A DNA stretch of 63,057 nt from Clostridia bacterium (GCA_017626595.1 JAGAIJ010000086.1:1-63057), one strand, 5' to 3'. Numbered from the stretch's first letter, positions 37,142 to 48,218 are shown. The notes: generated from the letters alone by a model not told the origin. Numbers and translations are program-made.

Positions 37142-39593
37142 ATCTCAATTTCCAGATTCTATCGTTATAGTCCTTGATTGAACGGTCTGATGAGAAGAAG
37201 CCTGCCTTTGCAACATTGATAATCGCCTTCTTGTTCCATACATCAGGTGTCTGGAATTCCTTGGCTGCTCTGTGGCAGGCGTCAAGGTAGGACTCGAAGT
37301 CTGCAAGGTGGAGGTACTGATCAGCAAATCCGCCGTTTCCGTAAACTAAACTCTTATGAATATCGTTAAAGAGGTTTGGTCTGTCAAAGGAGAACTTTTC
37401 GCTTATGATTGAGTCAACAATAGATTTTACAACTGCATTTTCGTTATAAATCTTCGGACTTGGGCTCTGACCTGATGCGTAGATGCTTAAAACCTCCTCG
37501 GAAGAAAGACCAAAGATATAGATATTATCCATTCCTACTCTTTCAGCAATTTCCACGTTGGCGCCGTCCATTGTACCGATTGTCAAGGCACCGTTTAACA
37601 TAAGCTTCATATTGCCTGTGCCTGACGCCTCTTTACTTGCAGTTGAAATCTGCTCGGAGAGGTTTGCTGCGGCAACAATCTTTTCAGCGATTGAAACGCT
37701 GTAGTTTTCAATAAATACAACCTTTAAAATATCCTTTGTTCTTGGGTCATTATTTACAACCTCTGCAACATTATTGATAAGCTTAATAATAAGCTTTGCG
37801 GCGTGATAACCTGGGGCAGCCTTTGCACCGAAAATAAATGTTTCAGGGAGCATTGAAGCAACCTCAGGCTGTTCTGTAATCATTTTATATCTGTAAATAA
37901 TGTGCATTACCTTAAGGAGCTGTCTCTTATATTCGTGAAGTCTTTTAATCTGCACGTCAAAGAGGGAATTTGGGTCAACTGTTATGCCGTTATGTTCCTT
38001 GATATATTCAGCAAGTCTTACCTTATTATCATACTTAATCTTTGCAAATTCATCACGGAATGCGCTGTCGTCAGCGAACTTCACAAGCTTTTCAAACTCA
38101 TTCTCGTCCTTAACCCACTTATCGCCGATGGCTGATGTGATAAGGTTTTTAAGTTCAGGGTTAGCCTTATAAAGCCATCTTCTCTGAGTTACGCCGTTTG
38201 TAACATTTACAAACTTTTCAGGGGAGAGGTTATAATAATCCTTAAAGGTTTCATTCTTAAGAATTTCAGTATGGAGAGCTGCAACGCCGTTTACATTATG
38301 ACAAGCTGTAAGACAGAGGTTTGCCATACTTACATTTCCGCCAGTGATTACAGACATATATTCGATTTTGCCTGTGTCGTTGCCGTAGTGGTTCTGTAAG
38401 TTTTCTCTCTGGCGTCTGTCAATTTCCTTAATAATCATATAGATTCTTGGAAGAAGTGTCTTTGCCATTTCTGCAGGCCACTTTTCAAGAGCTTCACATA
38501 AAATTGTGTGGTTTGTATATGCAAAGGTTTCGTTTACAACCTTCCAGGCTTCATCCCAGCCAAAGCCCTCTTCATCCATTAAAATTCTCATAAGTTCAGG
38601 AATCGCAAGGGTTGGATGTGTGTCATTTATATGAATCTGCACATACTTTGGAAGTTCATAAAGGGAATGACCGCGTCTTTTCTGTTTCTTGAGAATCCAC
38701 TGGATTGTGGCTGAAACAAAGAAGTACTGCTGTTTAAGTCTTAAGAGCTTACCCTCGTAGTGATTATCTTCAGGGTAGAGTACCTTTGAAACAACTTCAG
38801 CAAGTTCTCTGTCCTTCATTGCCATCTGGTAGTCCCCGCGGTTGAATTCGCTCATATTGATTACCTGCGGAGAGCAAGCCTTCCACAGTCTTAATGTATT
38901 AACAAGCTTTGAATTATAGCCTGAAATCGGCATATCATAAGGCTCACCGATTACTGTGTTATAGCCTACGTGGTTAAATTTCATTCTGCCGTCTTCAAAA
39001 TATTCCTCAATCTTACCGCCGTAGTGCACCTCAACTCTGTCCTCAGGACGCTGTACTTCCCATACATTTCCGTCCTCAAGCCATTCGTCAGGGAGCTCTG
39101 TCTGGTAGCCGTCAACAATTTTCTGTCTGAAAAGACCGTATTCGTATCTTATACCGCAACCAAAAGCAGGAAGCTCGAGAGTTGAAAGTGAGTCTAAGAA
39201 GCAGGCCGCAAGTCTGCCGAGACCGCCGTTACCTAAACCTGCGTCCTTTTCAACCTCTTCGATTTCGTCAAGATTAAGTCCACATTCCTTTAAAGCATCC
39301 TTATAAACTTCTTCCTGAAGAAGATTTATAAGGTTATTGCCAAGGGCTCTTCCCATTAAAAATTCAAAGGAAAGATAGTAAAGCTCTTTCTGGTCGCCCT
39401 TTTCAAGCTCTTCCCTTGAAACAGCCCACTTTTCCATTATCTCGTCCTTAACAGCAAGGGCACAAGCCTGGTAAAGCTGTTTCGGAGTAGCAGTTTCCAC
39501 TGTTTTTGCATAGTGGCGTCTGAGCTTACTCTTTATTTCTCTGACTATCTGGTCTTTCTTGGCTGTGTATTCAGCCTTAGTCATTTTTTTCAT
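37140..39593 (-). CDS. glgP: Glycogen/maltodextrin phosphorylase
   Basis: 817 aa with the EASGTGNMKLMLNGALTIGTMDGANVE PLP-lysine motif. Confidence 0.95.
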   Translation of the reverse strand: MKKMTKAEYTAKKDQIVREIKSKLRRHYAKTVETATPKQLYQACALAVKDEIMEKWAVSREELEKGDQKELYYLSFEFLMGRALGNNLINLLQEEVYKDALKECGLNLDEIEEVEKDAGLGNGGLGRLAACFLDSLSTLELPAFGCGIRYEYGLFRQKIVDGYQTELPDEWLEDGNVWEVQRPEDRVEVHYGGKIEEYFEDGRMKFNHVGYNTVIGEPYDMPISGYNSKLVNTLRLWKACSPQVINMSEFNRGDYQMAMKDRELAEVVSKVLYPEDNHYEGKLLRLKQQYFFVSATIQWILKKQKRRGHSLYELPKYVQIHINDTHPTLAIPELMRILMDEEGFGWDEAWKVVNETFAYTNHTILCEALEKWPAEMAKTLLPRIYMIIKEIDRRQRENLQNHYGNDTGKIEYMSVITGGNVSMANLCLTACHNVNGVAALHTEILKNETFKDYYNLSPEKFVNVTNGVTQRRWLYKANPELKNLITSAIGDKWVKDENEFEKLVKFADDSAFRDEFAKIKYDNKVRLAEYIKEHNGITVDPNSLFDVQIKRLHEYKRQLLKVMHIIYRYKMITEQPEVASMLPETFIFGAKAAPGYHAAKLIIKLINNVAEVVNNDPRTKDILKVVFIENYSVSIAEKIVAAANLSEQISTASKEASGTGNMKLMLNGALTIGTMDGANVEIAERVGMDNIYIFGLSSEEVLSIYASGQSPSPKIYNENAVVKSIVDSIISEKFSFDRPNLFNDIHKSLVYGNGGFADQYLHLADFESYLDACHRAAKEFQTPDVWNKKAIINVAKAGFFSSDRSIKDYNDRIWKLR

Positions 39594-39675
39594 CTATATT
39601 CCTCCCAACAGAATATTTCCAACTAACATACTATATTCTATTTTCCCCAATTTGTCCCTATGTATTACAAAAATA

Positions 39676-39708
39676 AAAACAATAGTAACATTAAGTTACT
39701 ATTGTTTT
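39676..39708 (-). terminator. Terminator after glgA, separating it from glgP
   Basis: The minus strand reads aaaacaatagtaac ttaat gttactattgttttt atttttg. Confidence 0.65.
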
Positions 39709-39725
39709 CATAATTTTTAATTATA

Positions 39726-41150
39726 CTATAACTGTTCGTATAAGTCAATATACTTTTTAGCTGATTCTTCCCAGGAGAAATCTTCTTTCATTGCTCTTTT
39801 AACAAGCTTTTTCCATACATCCTTATCCGAGAAGAAGCCTATGGCTCTCTTTATTGTATAAAGCATATCCTGTGCATTATAAGCATTAAAGGAGAAGCCG
39901 TTGCCCTCGCCTGTGAACTCGTTATAGGATTTTATTGTGTCCTTAAGTCCGCCAGTTTCTCTTACAATCGGGATTGTGCCGTAGGCTAAAGCTATAATCT
40001 GTCCAAGACCGCAAGGCTCAAACATTGACGGCATAAGGAACAGGTCGCAAGCCGCGTAAACCTTATGGGCACGCTCGTTGCTGAACATAATATTTGCAGA
40101 AACCTTTTCAGGATTGCACCATGCGTAGTGCCTGAACATATCCTCATATTTACTGTCCCCTGTGCCTAAAACTACGAACTGGATATCCATTCCCACAAGC
40201 TCGTTCATAATTTCAGCAATAAGGTCAAGGCCTTTCTGGTCAACAAGTCTTGAAACAAGGCCAATCATAACCTTTTCTCCGTCAACAGGAAGTCCAAGCT
40301 CCTTCTGGAGCTCCATTTTATTCTTCTTCTTGCCCTCTATACAGGTATTTAAGTTATACTTTTCATATATGAGGCTGTCCTTTCTTGGATTATAGTCCTC
40401 ATAATCAATTCCGTTAAGTATTCCGAAAAGGCAGTTATCCCTTGCACGAAGGAGACCGTCAAGTCTTTCGCCTCCCTGAGGAGTCTGTATTTCCTCTGCG
40501 TAAGTAGGGCTTACAGTTGTTACATAGTTTGAATAAACAATTCCCGCCTTAAGAAGATTTGCACAACCATGAAATTCCAGCTTATCATTCACGAAGTATC
40601 CCATATTCAAGGAGAAGAAATCTGCAACTGTTTCTATATCGTAAATTCCCTGATATCTTAAATTATGGATTGTGAACATTGTCTTTGTTTCCTTGAAGAA
40701 TGGGTCTTCCTTATAATAACCCTCAAGGATTACAGGTATCATACCTGTCTGCCAGTCGTGGCAGTGGATTACATCAGGTTTAAAGTCAATACCCTTTAAT
40801 ATTTCAAGGGCAGCCTTATCCAAAAATGCAAACCTTTCAAGGTCATTCCACTGGTAAATATCCTTTGAACCGAAGTAATATTCATTATCAATAAAATAAT
40901 ATCTTACTCCGTCTTTAACAATTTCAAAAACGCCACAGTATTTTGTGCGCCAGCCCACAGGCACATAGATAAAAAATTTATATTCCATCTGTGAAACATA
41001 TTTTTCATCTATACAGCCATACTTTGGCATCACTACTGCAACCTCATGGCCCTGTTTTACAAGAGCTCTCGGAAGAGCGCCAACTACATCTCCAAGGCCT
41101 CCGCTTTTAGCATAGGGTGCTACCTCAGATGAAACCATAAGTATTTTCAA
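39726..41150 (-). CDS. glgA: Glycogen synthase (ADP-glucose type)
   Basis: MKILMVSSEVAPYAKSGGLGDVVGALP N-terminal motif; 474 aa. Confidence 0.95.
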   Translation of the reverse strand: MKILMVSSEVAPYAKSGGLGDVVGALPRALVKQGHEVAVVMPKYGCIDEKYVSQMEYKFFIYVPVGWRTKYCGVFEIVKDGVRYYFIDNEYYFGSKDIYQWNDLERFAFLDKAALEILKGIDFKPDVIHCHDWQTGMIPVILEGYYKEDPFFKETKTMFTIHNLRYQGIYDIETVADFFSLNMGYFVNDKLEFHGCANLLKAGIVYSNYVTTVSPTYAEEIQTPQGGERLDGLLRARDNCLFGILNGIDYEDYNPRKDSLIYEKYNLNTCIEGKKKNKMELQKELGLPVDGEKVMIGLVSRLVDQKGLDLIAEIMNELVGMDIQFVVLGTGDSKYEDMFRHYAWCNPEKVSANIMFSNERAHKVYAACDLFLMPSMFEPCGLGQIIALAYGTIPIVRETGGLKDTIKSYNEFTGEGNGFSFNAYNAQDMLYTIKRAIGFFSDKDVWKKLVKRAMKEDFSWEESAKKYIDLYEQL

Positions 41151-41163
41151 TTTTATGTCCCCC

Positions 41164-42288
41164 TTAAACTACTACTCGCTTTCCTATGATTACAGGGTAT
41201 GTTTCCTGTCCCACAAGCTTTTTACCCTCTCTTAAAATAACTTCCTTATCGAAAATTGCATTTTCCACAAGGCAGTTTTCCATAATCTGTGAGTTCTGCA
41301 TTATGATTGAATTTTCAACCACAGCACCCTCTCCGATTTTTACACCTCGGAAAATGATACAGTTTTTAACCTGTCCCTCAATAACACAACCGTCTGCGAT
41401 AATTGAGTTTGTAACGCAGGAATTCTTTCCGTACTTTGTAGGCACCATATCCTTTACCTTTGTGTAAATTCTGTCGTCATCCTTTGTGCCAAAAAGCTCA
41501 TCTCTTACTTCTTTCTTAAGCAGGTCAAGGTTAAAGCCAAAGTAAGTCTTTATATTATCAATTGTCTTTGAATAGCCCTCAAATTCATAAGCATAAATCT
41601 TAAGCTTATCAATATTTGACATAAGCAAATCTGCGTTAAGCTTATGCTTTCCGTGTGCAATACAGTCCCCTACAAGCTCTAAAAGCAGGGACTTCTTTAT
41701 GTAGAACATATGCATATAGGAATTATTAAGCTTCTGGACAGTAGGGTAAAGCTCCATGTCTGTAACCCTGCCGTCTTTATCAACATCTAAAAAGATATGT
41801 CTTTTAAGGCGTCTGTCTTCAATCTGTCCCACTTTTGTGTAAACCATAGTGATATCTGCGTCCTTTTCCATATGAAGCTTTTCAACATCTTCATAAGTTA
41901 AGTTACAGATAGTGTTACAGTCTGAAACCAAAACATAGTCCTGTCTGCTTCGTCTTAAATAACTAAAAGCATTATAGATATAGTCAACGCCGTACTGCTT
42001 GTTGCTGTCATAAGCCTCGTTATGAGGAAGAATAAAGAGACCGTTCTGCTTTCTGGCAAGGTCCCAGTCCTTTCCTGTGCCGAGGTGGTCAGTTAAGGAC
42101 TGCATCTTTGAGGTTGTGGTTATACCGACATTTGCTATGCCGGTATTTACCATATTTGACAGAATAAAGTCAATAATTCTGTATCTTCCTCCAACAGGAA
42201 CTGCCGCTAAAGCACGGAGGTTTGTGAGGTCGCCGAGGTTTGCCTCAGGATTTTCTGAAAAAATTAAACCAAGTGTACTGTTATGCAT
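41164..42288 (-). CDS. glgD: Glucose-1-phosphate adenylyltransferase, GlgD (regulatory) subunit
   Basis: A GlgC-like fold lacking the GGxGxRL loop (GLIFSENPE...AAVPVGGRYRIIDFILSN). Its position between glgC and glgA is as in Firmicutes. Confidence 0.85.
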   Translation of the reverse strand: MHNSTLGLIFSENPEANLGDLTNLRALAAVPVGGRYRIIDFILSNMVNTGIANVGITTTSKMQSLTDHLGTGKDWDLARKQNGLFILPHNEAYDSNKQYGVDYIYNAFSYLRRSRQDYVLVSDCNTICNLTYEDVEKLHMEKDADITMVYTKVGQIEDRRLKRHIFLDVDKDGRVTDMELYPTVQKLNNSYMHMFYIKKSLLLELVGDCIAHGKHKLNADLLMSNIDKLKIYAYEFEGYSKTIDNIKTYFGFNLDLLKKEVRDELFGTKDDDRIYTKVKDMVPTKYGKNSCVTNSIIADGCVIEGQVKNCIIFRGVKIGEGAVVENSIIMQNSQIMENCLVENAIFDKEVILREGKKLVGQETYPVIIGKRVVV

Positions 42289-42302
42289 ATCTCTTTACCT
42301 CC

Positions 42303-43526
42303 TTACGCCTTTATACTCTTTGTAACCATTGAGTTTTTAGCAATAGCCACATCGTCTTTTATTTTTACTTCCGGTGCAACAAGTGTTATGTCTGCTGCAC
42401 AGATTTTTGTGTTTACAAAATCTTCAATGGCACCAATTTCTTCTGTGCCGATTTTAACATTCTTTCCGATAACTGCGCCTGTGCCTACAATAGCCTTTTT
42501 GATTACTGCATCACGGCCTATATGTGCCCCTGGAAGAATTACAGAGTCAATAATTTTCGCTCCCTCTTCCACAACAACACCTTCGGATAAAATTGAATGT
42601 TCAACCATACCGTCAATTTCACAGCCCTCTGTTATATAACAGTTTTTAACCACAGCTGTATTTGAAATATAGTGTGGAGGCTTTGCAGGGTTTTTACTGA
42701 AAATTCTCCAGTCCTTATCGGAAATATTCATTGCAGGAGCATCATCTAAAAGCTCCATATTAGCATCCCACAAGCTCTGGATTGTACCTACATCCTTCCA
42801 GTAGCCGTCGAATCTGTGCGCCATAAGCTTCTTTCCGTTTTCAAGCATCTTCGGAATAATATTCTTACCAAAATCGTTATCTGAATTTACATCCTTTTCG
42901 TCCTCGATAAGATACTTTTTAAGCACCTTCCATGTGAAAACATAAACACCCATTGATGCAAGGTTTGATTTTGGTTTCTTTGGTTTTTCCTCAAATTCCA
43001 CAATCTTTAAATTCTCATCTGTGTTCATAATTCCGAATCGTGATGCCTCGTCCCAAGGAACTTCAATTACAGCGATTGTAGCGTCAGCGTTAGCCTTTTT
43101 GTGAGCCTTAAGCATCTTCGCATAGTCCATTTTATAAATATGGTCTCCTGAAAGGATTACCACATATTCAGGGTCGAACTGGTCAACAAAACCGATATTC
43201 TGGTATATGGCGTTTGCTGTGCCCTTATACCATTCTCCCTTTTCTGCAGATACATAAGGAGGAAGAACATAAACTCCTCCGTTTTTTCTGTCTAAATCCC
43301 ATGGCTGTCCCGAACCGATATAGGTATTAAGTTCAAGAGGCTGGTACTGGGTTAAAACGCCCACAGTATCAATCCCTGAATGTGTACAGTTACTTAAAGG
43401 AAAATCTATAATTCTGTATTTTCCTCCGAATGGCACAGCAGGTTTTGCCACCTTCTTGGTAAGAGCACCAAGACGGCTTCCCTGTCCGCCCGCAAGAATC
43501 ATTGCAACGCATTCTTTCGATCTCAT
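42303..43526 (-). CDS. glgC: Glucose-1-phosphate adenylyltransferase
   Basis: [37 protein letters not shown], with a C-terminal left-handed beta-helix. Confidence 0.95.
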   Translation of the reverse strand: MRSKECVAMILAGGQGSRLGALTKKVAKPAVPFGGKYRIIDFPLSNCTHSGIDTVGVLTQYQPLELNTYIGSGQPWDLDRKNGGVYVLPPYVSAEKGEWYKGTANAIYQNIGFVDQFDPEYVVILSGDHIYKMDYAKMLKAHKKANADATIAVIEVPWDEASRFGIMNTDENLKIVEFEEKPKKPKSNLASMGVYVFTWKVLKKYLIEDEKDVNSDNDFGKNIIPKMLENGKKLMAHRFDGYWKDVGTIQSLWDANMELLDDAPAMNISDKDWRIFSKNPAKPPHYISNTAVVKNCYITEGCEIDGMVEHSILSEGVVVEEGAKIIDSVILPGAHIGRDAVIKKAIVGTGAVIGKNVKIGTEEIGAIEDFVNTKICAADITLVAPEVKIKDDVAIAKNSMVTKSIKA

Positions 43527-43548
43527 ATCTTTATCCTCCTATGGTTTA

Positions 43549-45465
43549 TTAGCCTTTCTTATTGTCCGTTCTATTGCCTTTTTTCTTTATATAAAATGCC
43601 GAAAGGGCAGGCAAATCAACTTTTATTCTGTATTTAAAATCTCCGTAGGCTTCCTTTTCAGCCTTAAAGGTTTTCTTTAAGTCACCTGTTCCGCCGTAGC
43701 ATTTATCGTTTGTGGAAAATACAACCTCATATTCTCCCGCGGTTGGCACTCCGATATAATAATCATCTCTTCTGCGGGCAGCAAAGTTTGCAACCACAAT
43801 AACCTTATCACGTTTATTTTTACTTATCCTCATAAAGGATACGACATTATTCTGGTTATCATCAGGGCAAATCCACTTAAAGCCTGCCCAGTCCCTCTCA
43901 ACCTCGTGCATTGCCTTATGGGACTTATAGAACCTATTAAGCTCCCCTGTGTATTTCTGCATATTTCTGTGCATTTCATAATCCAAAAGCAACCAGTCAA
44001 GCTGCTCGGCGAAACGCCACTCTATAAACTGGGCAATCTCTCCGCCCATAAACAAAAGCTTCTTTCCAGGGTGGGCATACATATATGCGTAAAGCAATCT
44101 TAATGAGGCAAACTTCTGTTCATAGTTTCCGTACATCTTATCCACCAGCGACCTTTTTCCGTGAACAACCTCGTCGTGGGACAGAGGCAGAATATAGTTC
44201 TCTGAAAAGGCATACATCAGTGAAAATGTAATCATTCCGTGGTTCGGGCCCCTGAAAAACGGGTCCATTGACATATATCTTAAAATGTCATTCATCCAGC
44301 CCATATTCCACTTGAAGTTAAAGCCCAGGCCTCCCTCATGGGCAGGCATTGTAACTCCGCCCCAGGCTGTAGATTCCTCTGCAATCATCAGCACATTCGG
44401 GAATCTCTCGAAAACTGCCTTATTCATTTTCTGTAAGAATTCAATGGCGTCAAGATTCTCGTTTCCGCCGTATTTATTCGGTATCCACTCACCGTCACGC
44501 CTGTTATAATCAAGATACAGCATACTTGAAACTGCATCAACTCTTAAACCGTCAATATGGTACTCTTCAAGCCAGAAAAGAGTATTTGAAATAAGGAATG
44601 AATGTACCTCACTCTTCTCCCAGTTGAAAACCAGAGTTCCCCATTCCTTATGCTCTCCACGTCTTGAATCGGGATGCTCGAAAAGACAGCTTCCGTCAAA
44701 TCTCGCAAGGCCGTGGGCATCCTTTGGGAAATGAGCAGGAACCCAGTCCATTATAACTCCGATTCCGTTTCTGTGGCACTTATCCACAAACTTCTTAAAG
44801 CCATCAGGGGAACCGTATCTGCTGTTTACAGAGTAATAGCCTGTTACCTGATAGCCCCAGGAGCCGTCAAAAGGATACTCCGAAAGAGGCATAAGCTCGA
44901 TATGTGTGTAGCCCTGTTCCTTTACATAAGGCACAAGACTCTCCGCCATTTCCTCATAGCTGTATAATGTCCCATCCTCGTGTCTTTTCCATGAACCGAA
45001 GTGCATTTCATAAATATTTATTGGTTTATCGTAAGGAGGATTTTCTCTCCTTTTATCCATCCATTTTTTGTCTTTCCACTTGTAGCTGTCTTCAAAAACA
45101 ACTGAGGCTGTGGCAGGTCTTACCTCGCTCTGAAAGGCAAAGGGGTCAGCCTTTAAGAAAGTTCTTCCGTCTCTGCTTTCAATGGAGTATTTATAAACCT
45201 CGCCCTTTTTTACACCCTCTAAAAAGGCAGTCCATATTCCTGAATCTGTATCCTTTTCCATAGGGTTAATATTTCTGTCCCATCCGTTTTTATTGCAGAC
45301 AACAGAAACACTTTTTGCCTCAGGCGCCCACACAGAAAAACGGGTACCCGTCTTTCCATTTTCGTCCTTTATGACGTGTGCCCCAAGAATTTTATATGCG
45401 TAAAAAAGCTCGCCCTTATTAAAAAGATATTTAAGCTCTTTTGGAATTTGTAAGTTATTATTCAT
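43549..45465 (-). CDS. glgB: 1,4-alpha-glucan branching enzyme
   Basis: GH13 regions VIMDWVPAHF, GLRVDAVSSMLY, IAEESTAW and SHDEVVHGK. Confidence 0.95.
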   Translation of the reverse strand: MNNNLQIPKELKYLFNKGELFYAYKILGAHVIKDENGKTGTRFSVWAPEAKSVSVVCNKNGWDRNINPMEKDTDSGIWTAFLEGVKKGEVYKYSIESRDGRTFLKADPFAFQSEVRPATASVVFEDSYKWKDKKWMDKRRENPPYDKPINIYEMHFGSWKRHEDGTLYSYEEMAESLVPYVKEQGYTHIELMPLSEYPFDGSWGYQVTGYYSVNSRYGSPDGFKKFVDKCHRNGIGVIMDWVPAHFPKDAHGLARFDGSCLFEHPDSRRGEHKEWGTLVFNWEKSEVHSFLISNTLFWLEEYHIDGLRVDAVSSMLYLDYNRRDGEWIPNKYGGNENLDAIEFLQKMNKAVFERFPNVLMIAEESTAWGGVTMPAHEGGLGFNFKWNMGWMNDILRYMSMDPFFRGPNHGMITFSLMYAFSENYILPLSHDEVVHGKRSLVDKMYGNYEQKFASLRLLYAYMYAHPGKKLLFMGGEIAQFIEWRFAEQLDWLLLDYEMHRNMQKYTGELNRFYKSHKAMHEVERDWAGFKWICPDDNQNNVVSFMRISKNKRDKVIVVANFAARRRDDYYIGVPTAGEYEVVFSTNDKCYGGTGDLKKTFKAEKEAYGDFKYRIKVDLPALSAFYIKKKGNRTDNKKG

Positions 45466-45520
45466 AATGTCCGTCCCTTTCAGGCTGAAAAAAGTCCCAG
45501 TCGCCCTATTTTTTACTTAT

Positions 45521-45549
45521 ATAATACCAAAAAGGGAAGGTTTTGTCTA
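45521..45549 (-). promoter_or_regulatory. Candidate promoter of glgBCDA
   Basis: The minus strand has TAGACA (45549-45544), a 17-nt spacer and TATTAT (45526-45521). TTTGTC half-sites lie just upstream (45541-45574). Confidence 0.35.
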
Positions 45550-45597
45550 TAAATAATCTTGACAAAATTTGTCACATTTTTTGTATAGTATGCACAA

Positions 45598-47517
45598 TCA
45601 ATATTCAAGCAACATCACGGATTCTGACATAATTTTTATGTTTAATTTATTATCTGTCAAAGTATGTTTTTTATCCCCGAAAATTTCATTAAATTCTGTT
45701 TTTCCGCAAAAAACATTTTCAACCTGAATTTCCCTGTCCCATTTGTCAGTATTTACTATGCAGAGATAATTTTTCCCTTGGGTTTCTTCCCCAAAAATAT
45801 CCCTGTTATTCTTCAGCTCTCTTGTGTAAGCAAAAACCCTGTCGTCGCTATAAACAACGGTGAAATCACCTGTTCTTAATGCAGGGCTTTCGTTCCTTAT
45901 ACCTGTCAGCTTTTTATAAAATTCATAAAGGTCATTATTGCCCTCTCCCCACGGATATGGCTTTCTGTTAAATGGGTCTGCAACCCCTTCCATGCCAATC
46001 TCGTCGCCGTAGTATATACAAGGCACGCCCACAAAGGTCATCTGCATAAAAGCAAAGAGCATCTGTTTTCGGATTGCACGGCTTTCGTCCTCGCCCCGGA
46101 GCTTTATGTCCCATCTTGAATTCATATCCCTGTCTGTGCCGTCGCCCTGTTGTCCCATAACAGTCTTAATCCTCATTGTGTCGTGAGTTCCTGCTATATT
46201 CATAAGGGAGTAGGATACCTCTTTCGGATAGTTTTCAAGTATCTTTAACAACCTCTTTCCAAAGTATGTCCCATTACAGTTTCCCAAAACAAAATCTATC
46301 ATTGCATCTTTAAATGGATAGTTCATTACGCTGTCAAGTTCGTCGCCTGTAAGGTACTCACGGAGGCTGGAATAGCTTACCTTATTTGAGGCGTCCTCCC
46401 AGACCTCTCCGATTATAACTGCGTCCTCGTCAGTTTTCTTTATTTCTTCTCTTAAAATCTTTATAAATTCGTCAGGGAGCTCGTCTGCAACATCCAGTCT
46501 CCAGCCCTTTGCACCAAGGCGTAACCATTTCTTTATAACTGCGTCCTCGTCCCTTAAAATATAATTAAGATAACCCTCGCTCAATTCATTTACATTTGGC
46601 AGGTTTGTACAACCCCACCAGCTTTCATAATCGTTACTGTCACCTTTGAACTGAAACCAGCTTCTGTACTCCGAGTTTCTGTCCTTATATGCTCCGCCAT
46701 CGCCGTAGTTTCCGTATTTGTTAAAATAAATACTATCGGAGCCTGTATGGCTGAATACGCCGTCTAAAATTATATTGATGCCCATTTCCTTTGCCTTTTT
46801 TGTCAGGCTCACAAAGTCCTCCTCTGTGCCAAGCATCATATCAATCTTCTTATAATTTCCTGTATCATATCTGTGGTTTGAATATGCCTCGAAAATTGGA
46901 TTTAAGTAGATAACCGAAATCCCAAGCTCCTTAAGATAAGGCAGTTTTTCCTCAATCCCCTTAAGATTTCCCCCGTAAAAATCGTTACAGGCAGGGCCGT
47001 TTTCGTAAGGGTGTCTGTTATGGGTAAATCTTTCGTTCCAGTCCTCGTGAACTGTGTATTCCTCCCTCTTTTTAGGGTAGTCAGTGTTTGTCCCATGGAA
47101 AAATCTGTCGGGGAAAATCTGATACATTATGCTGTCGCGGAACCATTTTGGTGTATGGAAATTTTTGTCGTAAACTGTAATCTGGTAGGAGTTCATATTG
47201 TTATCCCGTCTTAAAACGCCCTCTCCCCCAAGGCTCTCGTCGTTATTCAGATAATAAAACTCTCCCTCATTTGTGCGGATTACAAAATAGTACCAGAAAA
47301 GTCCCTTTTTATCGGGAATATTTACTGTTCCTCGGTAAAGGTTGTCCCTTTTTTCCATAGGGATATAGTTTTCCTGATTGTCAAACCATGTTCTTATAAA
47401 AGCCTCGTAAACCTCTCCGTCCCATACTTCAAAGCTAAGTTCAACCTGACTTCCCGTTGGGACTGCACCGAATGGCTTTCTGTATTTTTCGTTCTGCGAA
47501 TTATGATATATGTACAT
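45598..47517 (-). CDS. Cytoplasmic GH13 alpha-glucosidase/neopullulanase-like enzyme with an N-terminal E-set domain
   Basis: GH13 regions DGVFSHTG, GWRLDVADE, GEVWED and GTHDT; no signal peptide. Confidence 0.85.
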   Translation of the reverse strand: MYIYHNSQNEKYRKPFGAVPTGSQVELSFEVWDGEVYEAFIRTWFDNQENYIPMEKRDNLYRGTVNIPDKKGLFWYYFVIRTNEGEFYYLNNDESLGGEGVLRRDNNMNSYQITVYDKNFHTPKWFRDSIMYQIFPDRFFHGTNTDYPKKREEYTVHEDWNERFTHNRHPYENGPACNDFYGGNLKGIEEKLPYLKELGISVIYLNPIFEAYSNHRYDTGNYKKIDMMLGTEEDFVSLTKKAKEMGINIILDGVFSHTGSDSIYFNKYGNYGDGGAYKDRNSEYRSWFQFKGDSNDYESWWGCTNLPNVNELSEGYLNYILRDEDAVIKKWLRLGAKGWRLDVADELPDEFIKILREEIKKTDEDAVIIGEVWEDASNKVSYSSLREYLTGDELDSVMNYPFKDAMIDFVLGNCNGTYFGKRLLKILENYPKEVSYSLMNIAGTHDTMRIKTVMGQQGDGTDRDMNSRWDIKLRGEDESRAIRKQMLFAFMQMTFVGVPCIYYGDEIGMEGVADPFNRKPYPWGEGNNDLYEFYKKLTGIRNESPALRTGDFTVVYSDDRVFAYTRELKNNRDIFGEETQGKNYLCIVNTDKWDREIQVENVFCGKTEFNEIFGDKKHTLTDNKLNIKIMSESVMLLEY

Positions 47518-47629
47518 TTTATCACCTTAAAATTATTTTTCTCTATTTTAACACAAAGTCTGGTCCTTTGCAACGGATTTATGTAACAAAATGTCCCTTA
47601 TAACATATTATGAATGAGGAGTTGATGAT

Positions 47630-48190
47630 ATGATTAAAATATTTATTGACGCAGGTCACGGCGGACCTGACCCGGGAGCTGTGGGCAACGATGTAATTGA
47701 GGAATATGTAAACTTAAATGTAGCTCTTGCCCTTGCACGCTGTCTTAACAGTGCAGGCTATGAAACTATGCTTTATCGGTCAACACAGGACGAGAATGTT
47801 TTAGACGACAAAAATTCCGACCTGTCTAACCGTGCAAATATGGCAAACCGCTGGGGCGCAGACTACTTTATCTCAATCCATACAAACAGTTCGGAGCGTC
47901 CGCAGGCGCAAGGAGCAGAAGCTTATGTATATAATCTTGGCGGAACTGCCGAGCGTCTTGCACAATCCATTCTCTCCTCTATTTCTTCACAGCTCGGCTC
48001 CGTGAACAGAGGAGTTTTTCCTGCTCGATTTGCAGTTCTCAGGCGTACAAGAATGCCTGCTGTTCTCTTAGAGCTCGGTTATCTCACTAATTCCACAGAG
48101 GCTCTTAACTTAAACAGCCCTGCCTGGCAGAGAGCTGTTGCAAACGCAATCTGTCAGGGAATTATAAATTACACGGGTTCACCGTCCTGA
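47630..48190 (+). CDS. N-acetylmuramoyl-L-alanine amidase (Amidase_3 catalytic domain only)
   Basis: IFIDAGHGGPDPGAVG...SIHTNS...LLELGYLTN motifs; 186 aa. Confidence 0.85.
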   Translation: MIKIFIDAGHGGPDPGAVGNDVIEEYVNLNVALALARCLNSAGYETMLYRSTQDENVLDDKNSDLSNRANMANRWGADYFISIHTNSSERPQAQGAEAYVYNLGGTAERLAQSILSSISSQLGSVNRGVFPARFAVLRRTRMPAVLLELGYLTNSTEALNLNSPAWQRAVANAICQGIINYTGSPS

Positions 48191-48218
48191 AAAGGCACAT
48201 TTTATGTGCCTTTTCTTT
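48190..48218. terminator. Bidirectional terminator between the amidase gene and a small minus-strand ORF
   Basis: aaaa ggcacat ttt atgtgcc ttttc. Confidence 0.65.

Noticed and set aside
45559-45589. A + strand promoter-like TTGACA ... TATAGT that would drive antisense transcription into the GH13 gene
   Set aside because: The spacer is ~19 nt, which is suboptimal. The TTGACA is part of the palindrome interpreted as an operator for the minus-strand glgB promoter, and there is no downstream + strand gene.
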